64,000 nucleotides of DNA from Octopus vulgaris (Eukaryota). The stretch spans positions 66,712,001 through 66,776,000 of the forward strand of contig OX597817.1 of assembly GCA_951406725.2 (NCBI GenBank), read 5' to 3'. Below, one piece after another: positions 1 to 12,837 of this stretch. The stretch's first letter is position 1, and each line of letters opens with the position of its first letter. The notes below the pieces were generated by a model. It was not told the DNA's origin. It worked only from the letters and a program-made list of their open reading frames with translations, and did not search any database. Both the position numbers and the translations under genes were made by a program.

Positions 1-151
1 AATAAGTAAATCTTACTAAATTTTATAGACTCTCATCAATGCCTTGATAAACTCTGAGTACAACAATGATCCTCTTTTATACCCTACTTATTAGGAAGTA
101 GTAAAGGAAGAGAAGTAAAAGAATGATTTGATAGTGAAGTGCCAGCCTAAC

Positions 152-214
152 AGGACACTGATATGTTTTCTGGCATCTTTTGTTGTTCCTGTACTTGAGT
201 TGTCCCCAATAGCA
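152..214 (-). CDS. NEK1: Possible NEK1-like exon 25 (DAIGDNSSTGTTKDARKHISV)
   Basis: Open in the required phase 2 after a cttag acceptor, with a weak gttagg donor; splice signals are weak. Confidence 0.35.
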
Positions 215-763
215 CTAAGATTTCAAGTCAGTTCCGTTTTAGGAAACTTATTTAAACATATAAAAGAGATGAGAGGTTTTAGCATCAACAGGCAGTGACC
301 AGGAAGAAGCTAGCCTTTGGCTGTTTATTAATGTAACTAACAAGACTGAATTAACATCAGGATAATTAAGGTACCATTAAAAGTTAAAAACACCCCAGTA
401 AATTTTCACTTTTCGGTGGACACTTACATATGATTCCTTAAAGATGAGAGAAATAATCATGTTTCAGATTAAAAGAAGACCACAGATTTTTAGCAGAGGT
501 GGTGAGTGGAGGCGGGATATGGGATTAACTTGATTCCAGTCCATGCCTGGAACTTATATTATTGATCTTAGATGGATGAAAGGCACAACGACACTCAGAA
601 AATTGATGGATGATACAAAATATTTTATCTCTCTTCGAACTTGACATTGAGGTTAATAGTCCAGTACCTTATCCTGATCTATGTAATTCAATATAACTAA
701 TGGATAACCTTTTATTAAAATAATAAAACCAGATTAAAAATCTATTGGTTATGCATTACATAC

Positions 764-847
764 TCCTTTGAGATCTCCAGACGTGGTTTCTCTTCAACTC
801 CAATCTCTCTCAAAACTTGTGTCACAGATTTCGATGATGGTTTAGGC
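764..847 (-). CDS. NEK1: NEK1-like exon 24 (EPKPSSKSVTQVLREIGVEEKPRLEISK)
   Basis: tttcag acceptor, gtatgt donor, 84 nt, phase 2-2; SxTxxLxExG motif similar to NEK1. Confidence 0.8.
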
Positions 848-1591
848 CTGAAAATATAGTTATGTATGTTCATATGCAAGGATAAATTAACAAAATTATA
901 TCTAATAACACTTTTCTTTTTCTGAAGCGAAATGTTCATGGTTTGTGAAAACTGCACTTAGAGTAGAAGGCAAGTTAGATTCATTTTGTGGAACCATCTT
1001 ATCAGTCAAGAAATAATAAACTAAATTTAAATTCAGAAAAATATTTAAAGAAATAAATATATGTACTCTTTTAGTTAGTGTGGTTGATAATTTGAAGAGT
1101 CAAAGAGAAAGACTACGAATAACTTACAGCCTCCAATAATAGCAATACTGGTGATTGGATAAGTGATTCATTGGCTTGCAGAGCAGTGCAGAGTTCAGTT
1201 CTACTTGTGGTTAATATCTATCAACAGTACACTAGCATTCTATCCAGGTGGATATTTATTTATCACTCATCCACTTAATGCTACAACAGGACAGTAATAC
1301 CACTATATCATGTAGGTTATGGTATTTTGGAACAGGACTTTATTAGAACCTCTGCCATCTACAATACTTCTTTAAACCATAATATTTAGGGATGTTTCCT
1401 ATTTCATGAAACTTCTGTTCATATTTCAACATTCATATCCAGAGTATACTTTAGAATGAAAGTTACTGATTTCATGTTTATGAAATCAACAGTAAATTAA
1501 GCATATATATTTTATGGAACTACCTTATCAGTCAAGAAGTAATAAATTAAATTTAAAGTCAGAAAAATATAAAAAGATTAAATATACTTAC

Positions 1592-1617
1592 TCTTTTTGT
1601 TTCAAATTTGATTTTTG
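1592..1617 (-). CDS. NEK1: NEK1-like exon 23, micro-exon (QKSNLKQK)
   Basis: tttccag acceptor, gtaagt donor, 26 nt, phase 0-2; needed to keep frame between exons 22 and 24. Confidence 0.72.
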
Positions 1618-2324
1618 CTGGAAAAATCAAAGAAAATAAAGATTTGAACAATAATTCACGCATGAAAAAAATAATCTTAGCAAGCTACATCATCTAGGGA
1701 AACATAAATAAATTTCCTGCTAAAAATTCTAGAATATTTTGGACAAGATTAGTTAACCTATGAGAGTAATATTTGTGTTTCTGACATGGTTTAAGCATTT
1801 GGATACAACATTAAAGACAGGTTTAAGTCTGTTGTTTTCTTTCCAGTAAAACCATATTTTCCATAAATCAAGCACAGCAATTAACTTAGACATTTTGATT
1901 CAGAAAAGATATGGTTTATTGATGGAACGCACAACCACTAAAGTCCACCAGCCAGTTCAGCTACCCTAACTAGGTACTATAATGTGTTTGTTATTTTATC
2001 TGTTAGTCATTTAGCACTAGCAGGATAGACTACTCAATAACAGACAAATTACTAATATTTTAATAATTTTAAGTATGGGAGACAACTCCAGATATGTTTC
2101 AACCTTATAAAACTTCTCCACATGAGTAATTCTAATAGATTTTTGATGATCTGTATTAAATATATTCTCCTATACTTATCAATAGATTTTCATGTGGATG
2201 ACGACTGTTGTTTTGTGGGGGTTTTATTTCATAAATAGAACTAATTAGTTAGGTCTGGCCAAAAGTTTTATGGTCATGATGATGATGATGATGATAGAAA
2301 AATATGTTTTAATAAGTGAACAGT

Positions 2325-2550
2325 GTATGAGTCAGATACATGCTTGCGTGTGTATGGAGGGGAGAAAATCAGGTGTAGCATTGGCGAATCTCAGGAAGCA
2401 TGGAAGTTTTGAAGGATGCAGTGCTCTGACAACTAACAACTGATGCTGGCAGTCTGTTCCATGCTTCAGCAACTCTTAGCGTGAAAAAATGTTTCCGTAA
2501 GTCATGGGAGTTGTGCTGTTTTCTGACTTTGTAAACATGTCCACGGGTGT
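2325..2550 (-). mobile_element. 3' fragment of the same CR1-like LINE family
   Basis: TRGHVYKVRKQHNSHDLRKHFFTLRVAEAWN is nearly identical to the end of ORF 46980-49148. Confidence 0.88.
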
Positions 2551-2803
2551 ATGAAAATTTTAACACCATATTACAAATAAATGTTTAAGTGAAGTTAACA
2601 GTCTTTGTGTGTTTCTCAATGGCTAACTTATATCTTCCACACTGCATTTGCTATTCAAGATAATAACAATGAAACCATTTTCCCAAGTATTTAGAGTACG
2701 CCACCCTTTATGATTTATTCCACAGCAGGATTGCATATGTTCTAAATATAATTCTTTGAATACTGAATTTTTGCTATATGTAATCTATAATCATTAAACA
2801 TAC

Positions 2804-2872
2804 TTCTCGGTATAGTTTCTGCCTTTCCTGGAAATTTTCCTCGGCTATTTTCTGAATGTGTAAAAGATATTC
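2804..2872 (-). CDS. NEK1: NEK1-like exon 22 (EYLLHIQKIAEENFQERQKLYRE)
   Basis: tttcag acceptor, gtatgt donor, 69 nt; resembles the NEK1 coiled-coil motif YLxxLxxIRxxNFxERQ (from memory). Confidence 0.88.
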
Positions 2873-3042
2873 CTGAAAAGACATGAATAAAAAAATGAAG
2901 TAAATAATTCTTTAAGTATCATAGTCTTCAAAACAAAATAACATTCAAATGAAAGTGAATATCTATTAATGTAAGTTGTCTGTCACATCAGGGTACATAA
3001 AAAAAGTAATTAGAGGTAGTCTTCTTAATGTTGGGTTCAAAA

Positions 3043-3289
3043 TCATCATCATCATCAATTTAACACCTAATTTTCCATGCTTGCACAGAACAAGTGGAAT
3101 TTGTTGAAGCAAACAATCTTCAGTTGGATTCACCAACCTTCACCTGTTTCCAAACATGATAATATTTCTCTGGGGTCAGACATGATTTTTATGAAAGACT
3201 GGAAATGAACAGTCACGCTTATTTGACAATGATGCTCACTTACGACCATCACATGATGTCCAGACAAGGGTACACACACATACACACAC

Positions 3290-3341
<52 letters not shown>

Positions 3342-3492
3342 GACAGGTTTCATTCAATTTCGTTCTACCAAATCCACTCACAAGGCTTTGGGTAGCCCTG
3401 AGCTTTAGTAGAAGACAATTGCCACATAGGGAGACTGAACCTAGAACCATGTAGATGGAAAGCAAACTTCTCAACCACACAGCTATGCCTGA
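3043..3492 (-). mobile_element. SINE with the same tRNA head but an RTE-type tail
   Basis: Head shared with 6947-7347; tail CATGGAAAA...GATGATGAT shared with the RTE LINE 3' end. Confidence 0.72.
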
Positions 3493-3659
3493 TGCTAGTG
3501 ACCAACTTCAATAGGTCAGTTTCAAAGAATGCTAAGCTGAAGAGGGTGGAGTTGGTTCTTGGTCTAATGTTATAGTGTTTTGTAGTTGTTGCAGTGCTCC
3601 AGAATTGGAAAAAAAAAAGGCCTCCTCCTTGAATTCCAGTTTCTCAAATAATCTTATAG

Positions 3660-4305
3660 ATGCAGACATGACTATGTGGTTAATATGTACACTTTAGAAC
3701 CACATGGTTAGGGGTTGGTCAAGTTGCACTATGTGGATGTTGTCAGCTGGTGTTCTCTACAATAGTAACAGGTTGACCAATACCTTGTGAGTGAAATTTG
3801 TAGAAAGAAATTGAACGGAGCCTACCATTCATGCATGAATGTATGTATGAATGATGTGTGTATGCTTATGCATATCTTTGTCTAGGCATTCTGTGATGAT
3901 TGCAAGTGAGTAAATGAGGTTCTTTGCTTCCAGTATCCTGAGTAAAACATATCTCCCTCTCTCTCTCTTTCGGAGAGGCACTGAGCAGCTATATGCACAC
4001 ATACACACATGGCAGTAACTCCCGCCTACCGAATTCAATCACAAAGCTCCAGTCGGCTCAGGGCTATAGCGGAAGACACCTACCCAAAGTACCACGAAGT
4101 GGGACTGAACCCGAAATCATGTAGTTAGGAAGCAAGCTCCCTAACCACACAGCCATACCCGCGCCTAACTCTGGAAAAATATTACCTTGCTTGGAAAGAG
4201 GTGAAAGTTGGTGGCAGGAAGGGCATCCAACTGTAGAAAATCTACCTCAACAAATTCTGTCTAAACAATGCAGGCATAGAAAAGTGGACAGTAAATGATG
4301 ATGAT
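3660..4305 (+). mobile_element. SINE (RTE tail) with a nested minus-strand SINE head at about 3990-4166
   Basis: Head at 3660 and tail AGGAAGGGCATCC...GATGATGAT, interrupted by an inverted head. Confidence 0.65.
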
Positions 4306-5360
4306 AGTTGTCACATAGTGATTTGATTTTTTGTTGGCAACCTCCTTTATGAAGGACTACTGTCTAACCTGAGAATTTAGTTATGGTATGTGCCTGTTAT
4401 GTATGTTATATCTTTTGCTGATGCTCCTCAAATGAAGCCCAGATACACCCTTGTCACTTTACCAAGAGGAATACTCTGAACCAGAGATTGACCCATTAGA
4501 AACCTGTAACCAATGATGCTATTGTTCACTACCTGTGATATAAAATAGCTATAGAGCAAACTATAATTTATACAACCCAACAAGGGTATTTTTACATAGT
4601 AGCTTATCATCCTCATTAATATTTTTTACCATGCTGGCTGGGACTGGTCGTTTTCAGTTCAGTTAATCTTCTTTTATGTCATCATCGTGAAATCTAACCT
4701 CAAGACATCTTCCCTTATAACAGACACTTTCCATTAACAACATGTAGCATTTTCCATTCAGAATTTATTGTATCATTTACTGTATATAACCCTCACTGCA
4801 CACACTGGTTGATGTCTTTCATACCTATTTCTTTCTTTCATTTCAGTTATGCTTTAAAATTCACAAAATATGCATCCTCAACTAACTTGCAAATTTTTTT
4901 TAATAGGAAATATAATCTAAGCCCTGAATCATATGAAATGCTCTAGCTTGTTGCTGCTAGAAACATCAATCTATCTCTAGGGAGAGCCAACAACAGCAAA
5001 TATAATTTTTACTATAACAATTTAATTCACTTTCTCTCTAAACACTAAGACTATAACATTAGGAGAACAGTTCACATTTATGATAACACAGGCAATTGTC
5101 TTTCTAAAATATTAAGTAATCTCAATCTTCCAATCCTTCCATTGAAATGTCTAGATTCATTAATCAAAAGTAACTAATTATAGCCAGGTTTGAAATAGCT
5201 CATTCTAATATATCAAACTTTAAATCATATCCATAAGTTATCCATCAGTTACCACTTTCAAGGTCAAATAAATAAAGAATCAGTCAAATGCTGAGAGCTG
5301 ATTTAATATTCCTAGATGGGAATGGGATTATAATAGAACACTAAGATGAAAACTAATTAC

Positions 5361-5425
5361 CTTCTCCTGTTGTTGCCTCTTCTGAGCAGTGGTACCATGA
5401 AGTATGGCATTCCTAGGTGAGGGTG
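5361..5425 (-). CDS. NEK1: NEK1-like exon 21 (TPSPRNAILHGTTAQKRQQQEK)
   Basis: tttcag acceptor, gtaatt donor, 65 nt, phase 1-0. Confidence 0.82.
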
Positions 5426-6175
5426 CTGAAAGAAAAAAAAGTTAAATTTACTCACAAAGAAAAATTACTTACTCACCCTCCTCAGAAGTGAGAAGAAAAA
5501 AAGAAATCTAAAGAGATGGAAAATCAAGAAGAGAAAACAAAGAGGAAATGAGTTTTAAAACAAAGTGAATAGAGTGAAATACATAGAACATGGTAAAGTC
5601 AGCATAAAAGATGGAGGCGTCATATGACAACATAAAATCAATATCTATAAATTTGAAATGTGAAAAGTTTGTTTGTTTGTCTGGTTTGGGCATTGGAACA
5701 GGTTAAAGGGCACTAGATCCTGTCGGATTCACTCCAAAATTTACAGGGACATGTAAAATGAGGTGAGGATGTGAGTGGGCTAGGTTAGAAATCCCTATCT
5801 CAAACGCTGTGGTTACTAGGGCAAAAACGCCACACTTTGACAAGTTTTTCTCGCTTCTCTCATTTTCTTATCAGCCTGTCTTCCTCCGTCTCTCTCTCTC
5901 TTTCCTCCCTTCCCTTCACTTTCTCTCTATAATGACGTTTGACAGTGTCTACTATCTTTCCCCCTCCGCCTTTGCCAGCGCTGTGACTCTTTCTCCTACA
6001 TCCTCTCTCTCTCTACGTCTGTCTGCATTCATAGAGAGAATTATTATCGCCACCACCACCACCACCACACAATCATGAGAACAAATATTATGAATCAGAT
6101 ATTTATTGGGTTAATTTATGTGTGTGTGTTCTATATATAAATATGTATATATAATGTACATATACAAAGTGCATA

Positions 6176-6214
<39 letters not shown>

Positions 6215-6781
6215 GTGTATATATATATATGTGTGTGTGTGTATATATATATAATTTGTATACATTTGTGTATATATAATGCGTACACACACATACATGA
6301 ATATATACATAATGTGTATATATGTACATATATATATTTAATGCGTGTATATATATTCATTGATAGTTTACCATTCATTCTGATAATATATAGTAAGGCT
6401 CTTCATAATAGCTTATCTAAATAATTTAGTCTTTTAATCTGATTTAACTATATTCCTCCAGGTTTTTCTTGGCCTAAGTCCCACCTTTGTTAGTTATGAA
6501 TTACAAAAAAAACAAAACATTGTGGCTAGATCATGTCACACCCACCCCTGCCGCACACACACACACTGTCTATTAAATTTCATTCAAGTTGAAAAAGGGA
6601 AAATAACCCTTTCTATTGCTGGCCCTGTCAACTCTAAAGTACTATAAGTACTTGTCAGGCAGGAAAGAATAAGACAAGGGCAAGTTTTACTTTGGGGATT
6701 ACAAAACAGTAGTTACAGTAAGGTAACAACTATGTGAATTGTCTGGGGAACAAAAGCAATAGTTATTGTAAAATTACTTAC

Positions 6782-6815
6782 TGTGTGATTGGTCTGGCAG
6801 TGCAAATTTCTGGCC
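6782..6815 (-). CDS. NEK1: NEK1-like exon 20 (GQKFALPDQSH)
   Basis: Long pyrimidine tract + tacag acceptor, gtaagt donor, 34 nt, phase 0-1. Confidence 0.78.
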
Positions 6816-6946
6816 CTGTACAAAAAAAGAAGAAAAATAAATATAAAAACAGAAAACATTATTAGGCAGACAGATAGTTATAGTATTGTATTGTGTACAA
6901 ATACCATTGAGAGTTGTACAAGCTGAAAGAGAGATTGACAATCAAA

Positions 6947-7347
6947 TACTCTTTACTCTTTTACTTGTTTCAGTCATTTGACTGCGGCCATGCTGGAGCA
7001 CCGCCTTTAGTTGAGCAAATCGACCCCGGGACTTATTCTTTGTAAGCCCAGTACTTATTCTATTGGTCTCTTTTGCCGAACCGCTAAGTTACGGGGACGT
7101 AAACACACCAGCATCGGTTGTCAAGCAATGCTAGGGGGACAAACACAGACATATATACATATATATATATATATACATATATACAACAGGCTTCTTTCAG
7201 TTTCTGTCTACCAAATCCACTCACAAGGCATTGGTCGGCCCGGGGCTATAGCAGAAGACACTTGCCCAAGATGCCACGCAGTGGGACTGAACCCGCAACC
7301 ATGTGGTTAGTTAGCAAGCTACTTACTACACAGCCACTCCTGCGCCT
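6947..7347 (-). mobile_element. tRNA-derived SINE with internal (TA)n
   Basis: Head with A/B-box-like GGCTGTGTAGTAAG...GGTTCAGTCCCAC; tail (GAGTAAAA)n; several copies in the window. Confidence 0.85.
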
Positions 7348-7726
7348 ATGGTACTACTTTTATATAATTTGTCTTCAGGGACATTCTATTTTAGAAGGCA
7401 AACAAAAAAAACTTGAATAGAGGAGAATAACTTAAAACAGCATAAAATATAGAATATAAGAATTACAGAAAAAAAGAAAAGGCTTGAAGAAGTCTGAATG
7501 AGTTATGTCATAACTCATTTCTACAGCTGAGTGAACTGGAGCAATGTAAAATAAAATGTCTTGCTTAAGAACACCAGACACAGCCCAGTCTGGGAATCGA
7601 AAGAAAGATTCAGCTTTCCCAGACTTAACATGAAAGAGCAATGGCACTAAATCATAAACAGATTTCAAGATATTGTCTACATTTCACCCTCATTTAAATG
7701 AAAAACTACTTAATCAGTGATTAGGA

Positions 7727-8112
7727 CTTCTATCTTTTACTTTTTTCAGTCCATGGACCATGGCCATACTGGGACAGCATCTTAAAAGGTTTAGTTGAAC
7801 AAATTGATCCAAGTTTTTATTTAAGTCTGGTATTTATTTTATTGTTCTCTTTTTACCGAACCACTAAGTTATGGGGATGTCAAGAAAACAATGTCTGTTG
7901 TTAAGCAGTGGTGGGGGACAATCAAACATAAAGACACACAAGTACACACACACACAATGGACTTCTTTTAGTTTCCATCAATCAAATCCACTCATAAGGC
8001 TTTGGTTGGCCCTGGGCTATAGTAAAAGATACTTTCCCAAGGCATCATGCTGTGGGACTGAACCCAGAATCATGTGGTTGGGAAACAAACTTCTTACCAC
8101 ACACCTGTGCCT
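7727..8112 (-). mobile_element. Older copy of the same SINE family
   Basis: Diverged alignment to 6947-7347. Confidence 0.75.
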
Positions 8113-8288
8113 GTTCATTTTTTTTTTTTTTTACACAGCATTAAACTGAAATAATCAAGGACGAAGGGATTTCTAAAGTTACAAAAATAGAAAATACTAA
8201 GTCTACAATAAATCAGTAAATTCTTTTGTCAGATGTTGACAAAGTACAAAGTGGATTTAAAAAGAGTCAGATTGAATATAGTTCTTAC

Positions 8289-8382
8289 CTGAACCTTTAA
8301 CTTGTTACGAGCAGCATCAGCTCTACGTTGATGAAAATCAGAGACAATTCTACTTTGGCAAGGTGTAGGACTGAACCTGTTC
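8289..8382 (-). CDS. NEK1: NEK1-like exon 19 (RNRFSPTPCQSRIVSDFHQRRADAARNKLKVQ)
   Basis: tcatag acceptor, gtaag donor, 94 nt, phase 2-0; FxQRxxxAxxNK helix as in NEK1 (from memory). Confidence 0.87.
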
Positions 8383-8889
8383 CTATGATTAAAAGAGAAA
8401 ATTTATTTATGGATATTTTTGCAAATAGTAAGTGAATTTTGGAACAAATTTTCAAAAGAGATAGTTTAGTCCCCTTTGTATTGAAACAATCTTGCTGAGA
8501 CTGCATCTATAATTAGGCCACTCTAAGTCAACATAACAAAATGAATATGGTTAAGGTCACTTTTTTGTTAAAGTACATCACTGAGCTAATGTTGCCTTTT
8601 CCTCATTATATTCTAGAGAGGAATGGGATCCACCAAGATTAGATGCTCAAGACACACTGTATGTCACGACAGTATCCCTACCACTACATTAAGAACTGAT
8701 GGTACAAGGCAAGGGAAAACAAGTTTTTAAAAATAGATTGTTGATGCTCACCACTCTATGCAAGTTAAAACCAATTCTGCCATCACTGTGCCATAGTTTA
8801 CTTATTCAGTATGTACAGACTAATATATCTGTTACCCTGTTAACACCATGCTCTAAACTGGAGGAAAGCGCTGGCTCTTAGAAATATAT

Positions 8890-9650
8890 CATTATCACTA
8901 TTGTTCTTTATGTCCACTTTTCCATGCTTGCATGGGTCAAATGGAACTTGTTGAGGCAGGTTTTCTATGGCCACATGCCCTTTCTGTCACCAACCCTTGC
9001 CTGTTTCCAAAGCAAGGTGATATTTCCACATGACCAGACATGTTTTTCACAGAAGAATGGAAATGAAGGACACTGCTTGTATGATGATGACTCTCAACTA
9101 CCATGCAATGTCAAAGCAAGGAGACTGTAATGCATACTCACATCTAACTGGCACTCTGTTGGTTACAACAACAAATGTTCCAGTTGAACTGATCAATGGA
9201 ACAGCCTACTTGTGAAATTAATGAGCAAGTGGATGAATACTCCACAAAGATGCATACTCTTAATGTAGTTCTCAAGGAGATTCAGTGTGACACAAAATGT
9301 GATATGGCCGGCCCTTTGAATTACAGGTACAATTCATTTTTGCCAGCTAAGAGAACAGGAGCAACATGAAATAAAGAGTTTTTCCCAAGGAGCACAACAT
9401 GATGTGAGGAATTGAACTCATGACCTTAAGATCATGGGTCAAATACCCTGACCACTAAATCACACAACTTCACACACTCATATGCACATGACAGGCTTCT
9501 TTCAGTTTCTGTCAATTAAATCCACTCACAAAGCTTTGATGAAACAGGGACTATAATAGAAGGCACTTGCCCAAGGTACCAAACAATGGGACAACCCAGA
9601 CCCATGTGGTTGGGAAGCAAGCTTCTTACCACACAGCCATACTTGTGCCT
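8890..9650 (-). mobile_element. SINE (RTE tail) with a nested second SINE family at about 9143-9470
   Basis: Head at 9490-9650, tail at 8890-9130; the nested element has its own tRNA-like head with related copies near 7500-7660 and 61040-61220. Confidence 0.65.
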
Positions 9651-9899
9651 ATCTCATTCATAACTGGTAATTTAATATTAACATATTTAATGCATTAAAC
9701 ATCAAAAGGTTATACCTGTTAGCAGGAGGTTTATGTACTAAACTTAGAACTCATGAACATGTGTTCAGTAACTTAGCTCTTTGACCTCACAGCTATTATA
9801 TCTCTCTTTTAATATATAGACCAAATGTTTCACTCATGACAAAATTTTACATTTTTAACATCAAACATTTTTTTTATAATAAGAAACAAAACAGCTGAC

Positions 9900-9966
9900 C
9901 TAGGACTAACGGCTTTTCCTCCTAAGATATTTAATGGTTTATGTCGAGCTTGATTCATGTACCATG
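9900..9966 (-). CDS. NEK1: NEK1-like exon 18 (AWYMNQARHKPLNILGGKAVSP)
   Basis: ttacag acceptor, gtcag donor, 67 nt, phase 1-2, compatible with both neighbours. Confidence 0.78.
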
Positions 9967-10155
9967 CTGTAAAGAAAAATTGTAAATAGATTAATAAATT
10001 CATCGTTGAGATGAATAAAAGAGATAATAGGTTCGTAACAATATATTACTGTTGTTTGAGGTAAATTTTCCAGAAATTTGTTAATCACAGCTAGCTGTAA
10101 AGTAACTTGTTTACTTCAGGCAAATCTAAGCTAATTTATCAAAATTTCAGATTAC

Positions 10156-10270
10156 CTTGATTAGAGGGTTTTGGTGACCTGGTTACTCGTGCTTTGTCCA
10201 TTTTATCAAGGGCTTCATAGTACTTCTTGTAGTCCCCTGCAGCACGAACGGCTGAAATACCAGGTGTTCT
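10156..10270 (-). CDS. NEK1: NEK1-like exon 17 (RTPGISAVRAAGDYKKYYEALDKMDKARVTRSPKPSNQ)
   Basis: tcatag acceptor, gtaatc donor, 115 nt, phase 0-1; GxYxxY motif resembles the NEK1 middle region (from memory). Confidence 0.87.
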
Positions 10271-10654
10271 CTATGAAAAGAAGGGAAATAATAAGTGGTA
10301 TCATAATGATATATTAAAATATAAGCAAGTAAGTAAATAATAATTTTTGTTGTAGTATTTTACATTGATCTTTTTATGCTAGCATGGGCAAGGTGTTTCT
10401 TCAAATTGATAAATTTATGTTTTGCTGGAGTGAGTATTTCTGGAGATAGATGTCCTTCCCACTGCTAATTGCTCATCTGTGCTACAGAAAACAAGTGGAA
10501 GCCATTTGGGGCAAACAGTTTTATGCAGTTTGCACAAGAGTATCACAAAATGGCTGTAATAAAATTTGATCTTGTCACAAAAATAATACATCTATAAGAT
10601 AGTCTACTAACCTATGCTAGCATGGAAAAATGGATATAAAACAAACAAATATGC

Positions 10655-10690
<36 letters not shown>

Positions 10691-10927
10691 ATGTGTATGT
10701 GTGAGTCAGTAAAGAATGTTTACAATAGTGAAAGAAATTGATAATAAATTGGTGAGTTAAACAAAAGTAGCATGGCATTTATTAACTCCTGAGTTGTCAA
10801 GTTTATCATCATGAATACAGTGAACAAGTGATTGGCCCACTGGGAAGCTAGGACCAACAACACTATTGTTCACAAAATTCATATTATAATATATATAAAT
10901 AGATCTAATTTTCTGATATTGCCATAC

Positions 10928-10972
10928 CTGTTTGCTTGGTGTAACTGTTCTCTCTGGTGTCTTTCTCTCTGA
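10928..10972 (-). CDS. NEK1: NEK1-like exon 16 (SERKTPERTVTPSKQ)
   Basis: taacag acceptor, gtatgg donor, 45 nt, phase 0-0. Confidence 0.8.
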
Positions 10973-11286
10973 CTGTTAAAACAGATAGAAAGAGAGGAAA
11001 TATAAACTATAAAGACAGAATTGAACATATTCTAAACATTTTCTACTGTTTCCCAATAACTGAGTCATCAATAAGTTTCTAACAAATAAGAGTTAAAAGC
11101 ATTTACAATTTTTTGACACCCATACTTTTCTCTAGATTACAGGCAAATGGAAGTGAAGTTTCTTGCTCAATAACACTTCAAGCCAAATTTTTCTGAAAGG
11201 CAACCTGTTGAATCCTCAGTCATGAAACAGCTAGTAAAGAAAATACAAATAAAATCTTAACCAGGTGATAAACAATGACCACTTAC

Positions 11287-11323
11287 TGCAGTAACTTTTT
11301 TCTTTTTGGTACCACTTCCAGGC
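11287..11323 (-). CDS. NEK1: NEK1-like exon 15 (RPGSGTKKKKVTA)
   Basis: Long T-tract + cag acceptor, gtaagt donor, 37 nt, phase 2-0; basic KKKK patch. Confidence 0.82.
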
Positions 11324-12504
11324 CTGCATGAAAAAAAAAAAAATGGTAAAAAAGATTGAATGTATAAACAAAAAATATATACACAATATATATAGTTCAT
11401 TTATTGCACACACAAGATAGGTAAAAAAATTTCAATTTTTAAGAACTAGTTTAGACCTTGTTTTTTTAGAATTTATATCCCATGATAATTAAATTTGAAC
11501 TTTATCCCAATCAATTTGGAGCAATTACTTCATGATACAGTGATTGTTTCATTACAAACTATGCTACATTTATTATTTATTATTTGGTTGCATACTATTT
11601 TACTGTATAGGTGAAATGGATTTTAATTACCAACCAATGAGCAACTAGCATTTCTTACTTTCACAGGCATTTCTAACTGGATATCCCAACTTCATTTTCT
11701 AGCCCACTTTCATATTGAGTAAACATGAAAAACAAATAGCAGTAAGATACTACAAGAGTTACAGACAAATCAACAGAAGAATTACCAGTTCATATACTTT
11801 TCTTCTTTTAGATATGATATAGCATGGTTCACTAATCTGGAAGGAGGTCCCACAAATAGGACTGGTTTTCTTATACATGTCAAATACTAAGGAAAATTCC
11901 TTTGGGCTGACTTAATCAACAATGTTTCTCAATTCCACCCACCAAGAAAATAACCTTGTCCGAAGTATTCATTATTTTTAAAGGGACTATTTGGATCTAC
12001 AACTACTACTACATTAGACTGGATTCTGATACTGTTTTAGAAAGATCTATAGAAGAGATAGAGATATAATACTAAGATGTTCAAAATATGGTGGAGAAAC
12101 AGAAACAATGTCAAACTCAATGTCTTTCATTACTTAATTACATTTCTTGATATTCTAAGTTCAATTCCTGATGTTGAGTATGCCATTTCCCCCTTTCAGG
12201 GTTTATAAAATATGTCTCCACTAAGTAAAAGGTTTATTATATTGTTTACGTGTCTCATTCCTGCTGAAGCTTTGGGCATGTGCCAATGTTAGGTATCAAT
12301 ATTAAGGTGTAAAATATTAAAACAGTATAACCCACAATAAAGACAGGATAATATCAAGAGAATTTCAACTGAATGGGCTTTGTTTTGTTGATTGGCTAGC
12401 TCTGTGTCATAGATATACTCTTAAAAACACTTTCATTATAAATACCATTGGCAGTATTACCACCACTATAATCCTTGATTCTATCGCTATTACCATTATG
12501 AAGA

Positions 12505-12712
12505 CAATCACTCATCAGTATTACCATCACCATCATGAATATGATCATTACCATCACTATAATCATAATGATCATTATTATTATCATCATCATGATTATC
12601 TTCATTATTATCATCTCCATGATTATCAACATAATCACCATGAATCATTTTTATCTTTATTGCTGTTGTTATGATCATCAACATTATTTTCATACATACC
12701 ATCATCATCATT
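12505..12712. repeat. Degenerate (ATC)n/(ATT)n microsatellite
   Basis: Trinucleotide periodicity that generates spurious Ile/Met/His/Asp-rich ORFs. Confidence 0.85.
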
Positions 12713-12758
12713 TCTCTTTCAATGCCAAACCTCAACACATAAATCATCTGATATTCAC

Positions 12759-12837
12759 CTTTCACTAGCTTTGCGTCCATAAATCCGTGCTGGGTCATAC
12801 TTTCCATTATTAGAAGCTCTAGAGCATCCAGAAGCCG
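12759..12837 (-). CDS. NEK1: NEK1-like exon 14 (AASGCSRASNNGKYDPARIYGRKASE)
   Basis: tctcag acceptor, gtgaat donor, 79 nt, phase 1-2; in-frame TGA immediately after the donor. Confidence 0.8.

Noticed and set aside
5477-5507. Possible extra NEK1 micro-exon with a GTGAGT donor
   Set aside because: In-frame stop in the required phase, and the resulting intron would be only about 51 nt.
7270-7347. tRNA gene
   Set aside because: It is the tRNA-derived head of a SINE; no complete cloverleaf.
12396-12807. His/Asp/Ile/Met-rich ORFs
   Set aside because: Produced by a degenerate (ATC)n repeat; only 12759-12837 is a real exon, in another frame.
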